A stretch of 64,000 nt of DNA from Octopus sinensis (Eukaryota). The position numbers and the translations under genes are program-made. The stretch covers positions 11,118 to 75,117 of the forward strand of contig NW_021833729.1 of the NCBI RefSeq assembly GCF_006345805.1, in the 5' to 3' direction. The notes below the pieces were generated by a model that was not told where the DNA came from, did not search any database, and worked only from the letters and a program-made list of their open reading frames with translations. Positions within the stretch are counted from its first letter, which is position 1, and the number at the start of each line of letters is the position of its first letter. Shown here piece by piece: positions 1 to 11,751 of this stretch.

Positions 1-454
1 GGGTGAGTTTACATATATTACATCCGGATAAATGGCAAACTTTTACGAATTGCATTTCGGGTGGGATTAGTAATATTTTTGGTAGAAATGACTAATTGTC
101 CCTCTTAGCGTGTGGCATGTATGTATAATGCCTTCTGGCATGTATGTATAATGCCCTCTATATATAAATTAATATGTTCAATAAGAAATAATTATTTTCG
201 AAATTTTTTCTCTTATGAGGTTTTCACGCTATCTACCTGACAATTTCTTGTTAAGTTTTCCTTATTAAGTAGTTGTCCTTAATTGCTAAATTTTTATTCC
301 GAAAAAACTTTTCCTCTCCCGAAATGCAATTCGTAAAAGTTTGCCATTTATCCGGATGTAATATATGTAAACTCACCCATGTGCTTCGTTGATGTTGATC
401 AGTTAGCTGATCGGCTTAAGCGGGGCAGGGTCGTTGTTTATTTATAATACATTC

Positions 455-502
455 AGGCCTGCTGATGAATACGTAAGTATGAAATCACTGTGATACAGGT
501 CT
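455..502 (+). ncRNA. Minimal type-I hammerhead ribozyme, copy 1
   Basis: AGGCCTG-CTGATGA-ATAC(gtaa)GTAT-GAAA-TCAC(t)GTGA-TA-CAGGTCT: stems I, II and III plus the full core; predicted cleavage after 495. Confidence 0.85.
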
Positions 503-933
503 ATATTTTTTTAAATGTCTTACTTTGAAAAATTGCATTCGGTGGGATTAGTAATATTTTTGGTAGAAATGACTAATTGTCCTCTTAGCGTGTGGCATGT
601 ATGTATAATGCCTTCTGGCATGTATGTATAATGCCCGCTATATATAAATTAATATGTTCAATAAGAAATAATTATTTTCGAAATTTTTTCTCTTATGAGG
701 TTTTCACGCTATCTACCTGACAATTTCTTGTTAAGTTTTCCTTATTAAGTAGTTGTCCTTAATTGCTAAATTTTTATTCCGAAAAAACTTTTCCTCTCCG
801 AAATGCAATTCGTAAAAGTTTGCCATTTATCCGGATGTAATATATGTAAACTCACCCATGTGCTTCGTTGATGATGATCAGTTAGCTGATCGGCTTAAGC
901 GGGGCAGGGTCGTTGTTTATTTATAATACATTC

Positions 934-981
934 AGGCCTGCTGATGAATACGTAAGTATGAAATCACTGTGATACAGGTCT
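934..981 (+). ncRNA. Minimal type-I hammerhead ribozyme, copy 2
   Basis: Identical to copy 1. Confidence 0.85.
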
Positions 982-1414
982 ATATTTTTTTAAATGTCTT
1001 ACTTTGAAAAATTGCATTCGGTGGGATTAGTAATATTTTTGGTAGAAATGACTAATTGTCCCTCTTAGCGTGTGGCATGTATGTATAATGCCTTCTGGCA
1101 TGTATGTATAATGCCCTCGAAATATAAATTAATATGTTCAATAACAAATAATTATTTTCGAAATTTTTTCTCTTATGAGGTTTTCACGCTATCTACCTGA
1201 CAATTTCTTGTTAAGTTTTCCTTATTAAGTAGGTGTCCTTAATTGCTAAATTTTTATTCCGAAAAAACTTTTCCTCTCCCGAAATGCAATTCGTAAAAGT
1301 TTGCCATTTATCCGGATGTAATATATGTAAACTCACCTATGTGCTTCGTTGATGTTGATCAGTTAGCCGATCGGCTTAAGCGGGGCAGGGTCGTTGTTTA
1401 TTTATAATACATTC

Positions 1415-1462
1415 AGGCCTGCTGATGAATACGTAAGTATGAAATCACTGTGATACAGGTCT
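1415..1462 (+). ncRNA. Minimal type-I hammerhead ribozyme, copy 3
   Basis: Identical to copy 1. Confidence 0.85.
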
Positions 1463-1599
1463 ATATTTTTTTAAATGTCTTACTTTGAAAAATTGCATTC
1501 GGTGGGATTAGTAATATTTTTGGTAGAAATGACTAATTGTCCCTCTTAGCGTGTGGCATGTATGTACAATGCCTTCTGGCATGTATGTATAATGCCCTC

Positions 1600-1684
<85 letters not shown>

Positions 1685-2364
1685 TGTATGTATATATATA
1701 TACATATATACACATATACATGTAAATTTAAATTTAAAATAATAAGGGTGAAAAATTGAATATTAATTTGATTAATATCAATTTAAAACCAGTGGTGTAG
1801 CCTATTGAAACGTCTGAAGTTTCAGAAAAAAATTATATTACATACATATAAGAGGGATTAGGTGTAAGTGGACATCCATTATGCTAGAAAAAAATCTCTA
1901 TGGTCTTACCATTCCTTTGTTAGTGGTAAGACCATAGCGGATCTTCTTCTAGCGTAATGAATGTCCACTTACAGTTCATCCCACTTATATAATAGTTTCA
2001 CTTTAATAGTTTCAGTATTAAAGTGAAACCGTCTGACATTACAATACAGAGATGTTTTTGTTTCACTTTTGACACGTAATACTGAAATAGTGGAGAAAAT
2101 ATGATATTGCTCTGGGCTCGCCATAGTCAAGAAGTTAACATTTTTTGCCCATGACATTACATGAACCTTAAATAAAGCATGTGTAAAATTTGAATGAAAT
2201 TGGTTGTGTAGTTCTCAGGTTTCAAGGGTTCACACTGACACACAGACACACAGACAGACACATATTCTCAGTTTTATATATCTATATATCTATATCTATA
2301 TATATATATTACGTTGTAACTGTATATAGATAGATAGACAGAAACATGCAAACGCACGCATATG

Positions 2365-2419
<55 letters not shown>

Positions 2420-2932
2420 ATAGGGAAAATTTACAAAAAGACAAAAGACGAAGACAGGTGGTGTAGACAACAAACAGACGTATAAGTATAACTCTCGGGA
2501 AGTGAAAATGTCTTTAACGTTTCGAGCCTAAGCACTTACACACACACACACAGACACACACACACACACACACACACACAAATATATATATATGGAAAAG
2601 GTTGGAAGATGCAACGAAAATTTCAGGAACTGATAAATAAATGAGTGGAAATCGAACCGGTGAGTGTGTTAGATAATAAGGCACTAAATGAGAATGACTA
2701 TCACCAGACACTTTAATATACATTTTTTTATTCATTACATTAAACAATCTTTTGTATATCAATAGCTTTAAATAAACAGAAGAGTTCTTATATATCACCA
2801 ATATAATTGTAATTTATAGTTTTATACACGTTCTATTACAGTTTCTCGATTAAGTGAGACCCTGATACTTAATTTAAATATATACGTACATACATACATA
2901 CATACATACATACATACATGCATACATACATG

Positions 2933-2966
<34 letters not shown>

Positions 2967-3563
2967 TTTATATATATATTCAAGTGAATTGAATGTTGTG
3001 TGGATGTCGGTGTGAGTGTGTTCGCGTGTGTGTGTGTATTCATGAAAATAAAACCATTAATATGAGGTAACTCCATAATAGGATGTCATTCGTAGAAACA
3101 TAGATATATAGATTTGAGAATCAAAGGAAATCTATTTATTCATGCTCCATAAACTATAAACTTGATGTGACCGATAGCTTATACAATTTCAGTTTTGGGG
3201 TGTGTTTTTTTTGCTAACGTCATTGTTATTTATTAATTTGCTTGACCTCAATATCCTATTCTGGTGAATAACTTTAACAATAATGCAATTCTCAGAATTC
3301 GAAGTGTAAGGTATACGACACGTTAAAGTGACCCCTTTTGTGTTTTATTTGTTAGAAAATCTGAGTCATCGGCTTGTTCGTACCATACATATATGTACTT
3401 TCATACAGGGGTTGCTGTGTCGTACGTATCTTCCTTACTAACCACATGGTTTCAGGTTCAGCCATACTGCGTTACACCTTGGGCAAGTGTCTTCTAAAAT
3501 AGCCTCGGGCCGACCAAAGCCTTTTGAGTGGATTTGGCAGTCGGAAACTGAAGGAAACCCGTC

Positions 3564-3630
<67 letters not shown>

Positions 3631-3631
<1 letters not shown>

Positions 3632-5075
3632 GGGAAAGTGAAAAAAACGAAACTCGTCAATAAGACATTTTAGCAAAAAATGATGGATTTGTATAGCGAT
3701 AGACAGAACGCTATTAATATTGTTTAAAAAAACGTTATATGATATAACGTCATAAGTAGGTAACAGAAAGAGTAGGGATATTAATAGTGAATGTTAAATA
3801 TAAAGGAAATTAAAGTTTAAATTATATATAATGATAGAGACTACTTATAAGCGAATGAAGGCAGATAACCCTTATTTAATCCCCTATTATAGATCTAAAA
3901 GTAAATATAACACCTTCAAAAGTAATTACGCTATGAATACTAGTAAAAATATTTGGTTAATAATCCCTTACGGGAGACAAATTAAATCTAATCTCCCACT
4001 GCTGTTTCGTCAAGCTATTGCTAGGAATTTTCCAAACAATTCTAGATATTACTCTATAATTAATTCACATAAGGTTAGGATAGGTTTTTCAAACACAAAA
4101 TATCTCTTGCAAATTATATCTTCTCATAATAACAAACTGTTAAATATTAATACATTTACTAATACTAACATTAATTTAGCTAATACCATCCAACCCTCTA
4201 GAAATATTAATAACAAGGTTATTGTATCTGAAGTCAATTCCAATAGAATTAAGTTTATGTCAAGTAACTCTAAGGTTAAAAATTCTATATACCAGTGTAT
4301 AATCAGTACTCGTAATAAAGTACGATTTTACATTGGAAGCATATCGTTAGAGTTATCTAAAAGAATTTCTATCCATTACTCAACATTTAGGGATAGAAAT
4401 AAACGGAATAGTACCGGTCTCAGCAAACTGATTTGGGATTTAAAAGATCACAATGAACAATTTCATTTAGAATGGTTGATACTCTCAATTTCGATACCAT
4501 ATGACAAAGGCGAGAAATTCTGTCTTCTCTGCAATTCTGAGCTTCTAAAAATACTCTAGTAAACACGGTTATAGAGCGAGCATACAGATGTAAGCATTGG
4601 CAAAAACATACATTTAGTGCATATAAGTAGTCTCTATCATTATATATAATTTAAACTTTAATTTCCATTATATTTAACATTCACTATTAATATCCCTACT
4701 CTTTCTGTTAGCTACTTATGACGTTATATCATAAAACGTTTTTGTAAACAATATTAATAGCGTTCTGTCTATCGCTATACAAATCCATAATTTTTTTGCT
4801 AAAATGGCTTATTGACGAGTTTCGTTTTTTTCACTTTCCCGAAGAGAAGATTGCATTGTTTATACCATTTATTCTTTTGAATAGTATCAGTGGAATTTTC
4901 GAAACATGTGTCGAAAGTAAAAATATTTGTTTACACCTGCGTTAACTCCATTTTTTATTCATATTATTCAAATATTCAACGTAAACACGAAGTTTCTACC
5001 TTTATAAACAAGGAGTTACAACACCTTTACTTGTGAGATTTTTGCTGCCCTGGTAACTATTTATTTATTTTTCCG
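3631..5075 (+). mobile_element. Penelope-like retroelement, 5'-truncated, with ~220-bp inverted repeats (3631-3850 / 4622-4841)
   Basis: GIY-YIG ORF bracketed by near-perfect inverted repeats; both sides flanked by (TA)n. Confidence 0.8.
3831..4559 (+). pseudogene. Penelope-like element C-terminal region with GIY-YIG endonuclease
   Basis: IYQC...FYIG...KR...H...F...STGLSKLIWDLK...W.IL...CLLC..E; the tail (RCKH) continues after the stop in a shifted frame; no RT domain. Confidence 0.8.
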
Positions 5076-5106
5076 TGTTAATTGTTAACAAGGTAAAAAT
5101 ACACTC

Positions 5107-5178
<72 letters not shown>

Positions 5179-5301
5179 TATAACTCGCTCTGAGATTTAT
5201 CATTGTTTGATTACACTTTTTCAATATCAGTGTCAATCGATACTGGAAGAAGTATATGTATTTGTGAAGGGAACCTACTTCTCATCGACAACTATGATTG
5301 T

Positions 5302-5346
5302 CACACGCCGATGACGGGTCAATACCCTGAAACTTGAGTCCTTGTG
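5302..5346 (+). ncRNA. Degenerate type-I hammerhead motif (second family)
   Basis: CACACG-CCGATGA-cGGGT(caat)ACCCt-GAAAC(ttga)GTC-CTTGTG; core U4 changed to C and one stem I mismatch. Confidence 0.55.
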
Positions 5347-5553
5347 TATCATAAGTTGAAGACGGGAAGGATGGCTTCCCTTTGCAAATACTGATAGGGC
5401 ACAGAAAGTGTGTCTATAGCCAGCTGGAGGAGGTGTCCTCCTGGGGCTACAAACTACAGTAGCATCCACCCTTAGGGGTTAGCCATATTAAAATGGCAAA
5501 TATACGTCACGATGTGTTGCTGCTACTGTTTATAACTCGCTCTGAGATTTATC

Positions 5554-5591
<38 letters not shown>

Positions 5592-6977
5592 GTTGTTGTT
5601 AAAACAGCAAAAGATTGTCTTTGACGCAAAGTTGTTTGAACTAATATTATTTGAGATATATAGAAATATGTTTCGACAGTTGTAGATTCTACTTAATTAA
5701 TTTGCTCGTTATAATTTTGTTGCATTTGAATTGTAATTTGCTATGTAGTTGAAACATTAACGCTCACGCTCACAATACATAGGCATTTGAATTTTTTTTT
5801 TTCAATCTAGCCGCCCTTTCACATGAAATTTCGTCTATCTTTAAACCTTTAGCTCCGATGAGGCTTATATATGAATTGAATTGTTTGTATATAAAAAAAA
5901 TGTATATTGGTCGAAACAAATTATTTTTTGTTTTTTATGATTTTAATGTCATGTTATTTTATATTCATAGTATATTATTTTATATTATAATGTAAATACA
6001 TGGTTAGATTACCAGTTGTACCTCTCTAGTTAATTTATTGATTGTAAAATACTTAATACACATATCTATGTGGAATTCAACTGACGTACAAGTGAATTGA
6101 ATGTTGTGTGGGTGTCGGTGTGAGTGGGTTCGCCTTGTGTGTGTATTCATGAAAATAGAACCATTAGTATGAGGTAACTCCATAATAGGATGTCATTCGT
6201 ATAAACATAGATATATAGATTTGAGAATCAAAGAAAATCTATTTATTCATGCTCCATAAATTATAAACATGATATGACCGATAGCTTATACAATTGCAGT
6301 TTTGGGGTGTGTTTTTTTTGCTAACGTCATTGTTAATTATTAATTTGCTTGACCACAATATCCTATTCTGGTGAATAATTTTAACAATAATGCAATTCTC
6401 AGAATTCGAAGTGTAAGGTATACGACGGGTTAAAGTGACCTCTTTTGTGTTTTATTTGTTAGAAAATCTTGAGTCATCGGCTTATTCGTACCATACATAT
6501 ATGTACTTTCATACAGGGGTTGCTGTGTTGTACGTATCTTCCTTACTAACCACATGGTTTCAGGTTCAGCCCCACTGCGTTACACCTTGGGAAAGTGTCT
6601 TCTAAAAAATGCCTGTGAGCTTACATCGCTGCAACTTAGCAGTTCGGCGAAACAGACCGATAGGATAAGTACTAGGCTTACAAGAATAAGTTCTGGGGTC
6701 GATTTATCCGACGAAAGGCGGTGCTCCAGCAAGGCCACAGTCAAATGACTGAAACAGGAAAGAGAATAAAAGAATATGTATATGAAATAAAACTTTTATG
6801 GAACAGTGAATCTCGTAGAAAGTTTTTTAATCCAATATTTAAATAGTATTATTTATAGCTCTACGTTATTCGAGATCCACTTCTTCAGAAACATAATTCT
6901 TCCCCACCCACATAGATTGTATATGTGATTTGGACCACCAAGAGCTGCAGTTAAATTCTGATCTTTATTTATCTAAC

Positions 6978-7074
<97 letters not shown>

Positions 7075-8029
7075 TCTTTATTAGCCACGCAAGGCCGAAC
7101 ACAGAGGGGATAATACAATGTAGAACTTTTCTTTTCTAAAGAAGGAAAGAAAAGAAGAAAGAAAGAAAGGAAGGAAGAATAAACGAATGAATGAATGGAA
7201 GAAAAGGAGAAAGAAAAAAAGGAAGGAAGGAAGAAGGACAGAAAAGACGGAAAGAAAAATGAAAGAAAGAAAGAAAAAAGAAAGAAAATCAATCAAAAGG
7301 GATCGAAAGCGTTTTGAACGTGTAAAAAGCAAAATAAGGTGGGGTAAAAATGTAAGACAGATTAGGTTTATCCGTGGAAAGAAAAGCCTTCGGTAACCTC
7401 AATCAGGGAAAGTAACACATGAGAACATAGCTCTCTCTCTCTCTCTTTAGGATTTATAGGATCATGATTAAAGTGGTTTCGTCATTCCCGCGTACCATCT
7501 TTGCTACATTCACCCACCTTTTTTGAGACAAAAGTTCCCTCTCTATTCTCATCTTCCTTTTCAAGTGGTACTTGAAAAAGTTGATGAGCGATAGGCCAGA
7601 GAGGAAAGTGTTTGACTCTAAACCTTCTGCACGTGAGCCTGGCTAGGCTTTAAAAGGGCGCATGTCTTATTTATTTTCTGGGAGTTTTAGAACGATCGAC
7701 AGTTAGTTCTCTCTTCTTTCTCCAACCCCTGGTACTTATTCGCCTTCTTTCATAGTTTTTCATGCCTTTTAGTTCGGAGGAAAAAAAAACAAAGTCTTTT
7801 TTAATATTTTTTCTGGCACGTTTAACGTTTCCTCTACAAACTACAAACAAGCTCCCCCGCTACCTTCCTTTTTTTTCTTTCTCATACAAAAACTAATGTT
7901 TAATACACTTGCTTTCTCTGTCTCTCCCTGTCCGATGTATGTATGTATGTATGTATATATCTACCTACCTATTTATCTATCTTTACAAACACGCATGTAA
8001 ACACACAAATACACACAAATACACAAAGA

Positions 8030-8065
<36 letters not shown>

Positions 8066-9469
8066 TGTTGCAGGAGAATGCTATCGTTTATTTTTCCTTT
8101 GCAATGCTTAACTGTATTTATGTATAAATGTGCTACTGTGCGTTCCTATGTTGTCTGCTTAGCCACATACGAGAAAATATCCGAAATCCCTTTACAGGAC
8201 CTTAAAGACTTGTGACAAGTATGGAAGACGATATCCTCAAATCACGAACTCGTTAAAGCCCGTAGGACCGACCGGCCGTCCAAATCAGGCAATTTAACTG
8301 AGTGCTTGCTACAAATTGAACATTTTCGCACGATGACAAGATTAGTATACAGGTAGAGTGAAAATGGAGAGTGGAGGAATGGTTAGCACACTGGGAAAAA
8401 TGCTTCGCAGCATTTCGTCTGTTTTTACATTCTATGTTCAAATCCATTCGAGGTCGACTACTTTTTGGGGTTGATGAAATAAGAAGCAGTTGAGCACTGG
8501 GTTTAAAGTAATCGAAAAGAGTAGAGTAAAGGGCGATACAATACAATAAAAACGATGTTACATAAAATTGTGTAAACAATAAAATATCAAATACAGAGAA
8601 ACAAAATATTTAAATTTTTTATAATTCCTCAAACGCAAGTAGAACTCGGAGAGCTACATGTGGAAATACCATAAAACTGTAATCATTCTAACCAATGGGG
8701 CAACCCCACCTCCCTATCTACCTTTTTCAGTTACAGGCATCCTCAAAGCAAGCTTGTTTAATGGACCATCAGTACAAACTCCTTAGCCAACACCAATTCC
8801 AACTTTTTGAGAGCAGCCTTTAGCAGAGTTTGGGCCGAAGATTGGCCCACCTCATTTACGTCCTTTCTCGGCAGTTCAACCGCTCTTCATCTCACCAAAC
8901 TGAGGTGTTTTCGTTTTTGCTGTCAGTTGGTCTGGACATCTATCAAGAGGTCGGCGACAAAATTTGGTGTATAAAATTAAAGCCCGTAGGACCAAACGTC
9001 CAAATCAGGCAATTTAACCCCCCATCTGCGTACTTCCAGCCATTGCTTCCCATATTTTATCAGCTATTATTACCTTTACGCAACACTCTGCCTTCCCCCT
9101 CCATGAAGTGCGGCAGGTTGTCGAAGGGAACAGTGTAATCTATTCTGTAATCCGGTCCGTTATGTGTCCCCAAAATCGAGCTGAAAAACCGTACACATCT
9201 ACTTGAGATCGTATAACATGTATTTGACATGAAGTACCAAAAATCGAATTGTGTCTTTGTGGCCACGTTGCGTGTCCGTTACTCGACCCCATTGAACAGC
9301 TTCCTTTCATTTGTGCCCCAGAGCACATCCCTTAGCCGTGACGATGCAGCCTCCGTGCTTCACGTTAAAGAATTGGTCAAGGGCATCTCATTAGAAGCAC
9401 ACCATTTCTAAGTTTCTTATCAGATTCACTCTGCTCTATTTTTTCTATATATTGTTACACGTCACCAAT

Positions 9470-10043
9470 TGTTGTAGTATCGTCGCTATTGATATATGAT
9501 AGTTGTTTACACGATAACCGCGTAGTAACAATAAAATATATAACGAAGCTGGGTAACAACAACGTAACGATCCAAGAAACTCTCCATGAACTATACACGA
9601 AACAACAACCGATACCTTACGACTTGATTAACCAAACGATACCTTTTAATGGAAGCACTCCGTCGGTTACGACGATGAGGGTTCCGGTTGATCCGATCAA
9701 CGGAACAAGAGTGACAAGGCCGGCCCTTTGAAATACAGGTACAACAGAAACAGGAGGAAAAGAGTGAGAGAAAGTTGTGGTGAAAGAGTACAGCAGGGAT
9801 CGCCTCGTGGAGCTTTTAGGTGTTTTCGCTCAATAAACACTCACAACGCCCGGTCTGGGAATCGAAACCGCGATCCTATAACCGCGAGTCCGCTGCCCTA
9901 ACCACTGGGCCATTGCGCCTCCATAAACGATAGCTTACGACTTGATTAACGCCCACTCTCTGTCTCTCACTCAGACCGCTGCTATTTATAGTCATTCAGT
10001 CAAGTCTATTCTCGCAGGGAGTGTCGTGACTCTCGCCACAACA
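9470..10043 (-). mobile_element. Probable LTR (TGTTGT...ACAACA) interrupted by a SINE
   Basis: 6-bp terminal inverted repeats, TATAAATAG on the minus strand near 9985, ATTGGTGAC (PBS-like) after the end, purine-rich tract before the start. Confidence 0.55.
9650..9922 (-). mobile_element. tRNA-derived SINE inserted in the LTR
   Basis: Head GGAGGCGCAATGGCCCAGTGGTTAGGGC...GGTTTCGATTCC (A/B boxes); TSD-like aaacgata(c/g)ctt flanks. Confidence 0.8.
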
Positions 10044-10099
10044 TCTCTCGTTATGAGATTTCGACTTTCATAGGAAACGAAATTTATTTTACTATTTTT

Positions 10100-10130
<31 letters not shown>

Positions 10131-10184
10131 CTCTCTCTCTCTTTCTTTCCTTCTTTCTTTCTTCCTTCCTTTCTTTTTTTTTAC

Positions 10185-10225
<41 letters not shown>

Positions 10226-10424
10226 AATTATTGTATACAGTGTTCAGGTGCCCCACAACTTGTCAGAAAGTGCATATAAAGCATATGCAGTAATGTAAAA
10301 ATGTCTGGAAAACGAACAATGTATGAGTCAGATACATGCTTGTGTGTGTATGGAGGGGAGAAAATCAGGTGTAGTGTTGGCGAATCTCAGAAAGCATGGA
10401 AGTTTTGAAGGATGCAGTGCTCTC

Positions 10425-11750
10425 CCTTCTTTGAAATTTTGCTTCCCTAAGTTCAGTGCCTTTTCGCTTGGGAATTATATATGAATGTTGAGTCTGTTTA
10501 CGCTTTCTGTTTCTGCTCCTTTTAGGCCCAATTTATTTTGATGCTGGCACATTGGACATATGATAAAACACTTCCACTGGAATTTCCTTCACTTCTTCTG
10601 CATGTCTGATTTTTAATTGATTTAGGTGTCGTTTACCTTTTATTAAATACACCATGTTTCCATTCTTTTAGTCTTGCCATCCTGCCAACTTTCTTTACCA
10701 TTCTTGTATACTTTGAAAGGGGCTTACACTATGAAATTCCTGTAATATCTGTTTCTGTAGTGCGGGTGGTACTACCACTTTTCGTGCGTAAATTAATACA
10801 TTGTCGAAGAATGAAAAATGGTTCGCATTCGTGTTTCCCTTTTGTTTAGTTTTCAAGGTTTCTTTCATTTTTAAGACGTATTTGCCCTCTGCTGTTTTAC
10901 TTTTCATATCTTGTACAGTCACTGGCAACTCCTGAATGACATTACGCATAACGTTTTTAACTTCCTATTCTGATTTAATGCGGCTATCACCATATCTTCT
11001 AGCGGTTCCGCATTCTCCGGAATTCGCCCAGATAAACAATCCGCATGGCTAATTTTTTTAGAAGGAATGTATTCCATCTTAAAGTTGTAATTTAACAATA
11101 TTGTACCCCTACATATTAATCTGTTAGCTGTATGAGTAGCAATACCTGTCTTCGATCCGAAAATTGATAGTAAGGATCGGTGGTCCGTCTAGAGCCGAAA
11201 ACGTCTACCGTGGAGAAGTCTACGAAATTTCTTCACGGCAAAAATGATCGCTAGAGTTTTATTCTCTTTCTGACTGTAGTTTTTTTTCTGCTGCAATCAG
11301 AGCACGTGAGGCAAGAACTACCACCTTCATATTACCGACTTTATACTTGCGTAAAAAAACTGATCCTACACCGTATTCAGAAGCGGCAGAAGCTACAACA
11401 AACGCCGCTGCAGGATCGAAATGAGCCAGCAACAAAAAATCCTGAAACGCCATTTGACACTTATTTGACCAATTCCATTTGACGTCGTTCTTTAGAAAAT
11501 TATAAAGTGGAGCACTCAATTCAAACATGTTTGGTATGTAATTTGGTAGGCCAAGAAAAGCTTGTAATGTCCCTATGTTAGTTGGAGGAAGCTTATTTTT
11601 TAATTGCGTCTACCTTCGACGGGTCAGGTCGTCCTCCATTTTTATCTATAATTTGTCCTGAATTGCAAATTGAAAGTCCACCAACATCGTATCCAGAACC
11701 TGCTGAAATATTGCAGGTGCAACTTTCAGACCAAATGGCAACCACCGAAT
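10425..11750 (-). mobile_element. Ty3/Gypsy pol relic (RT, RNase H, start of integrase), frameshifted
   Basis: LPFGLKVAPAIFQQVLD; LAHFDP...ASEYGVGSV; VVVPPALQKQILQEFH. Confidence 0.88.
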
Positions 11751-11751
11751 A

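Larger units (their letters stand above)
52..1610 (+). repeat. ~480-bp tandem repeat (3 units plus a partial), preceded by an inverted partial copy at 1-60; Penelope pseudo-LTR / retrozyme-like
   Basis: Near-identical units offset by 479 and 481 bp; 1-60 is the reverse complement of 319-378; array ends in (TA)n. Confidence 0.95.
2982..6605 (+). repeat. Direct duplication of a ~515-bp segment (2982-3495 and 6089-6605)
   Basis: Both copies start caagtgaattgaatgttgtgtg and run into the same SINE head. Confidence 0.9.

Noticed and set aside
8830-9411. Several short overlapping ORFs next to the LTR
   Set aside because: No recognisable gag or other motif.
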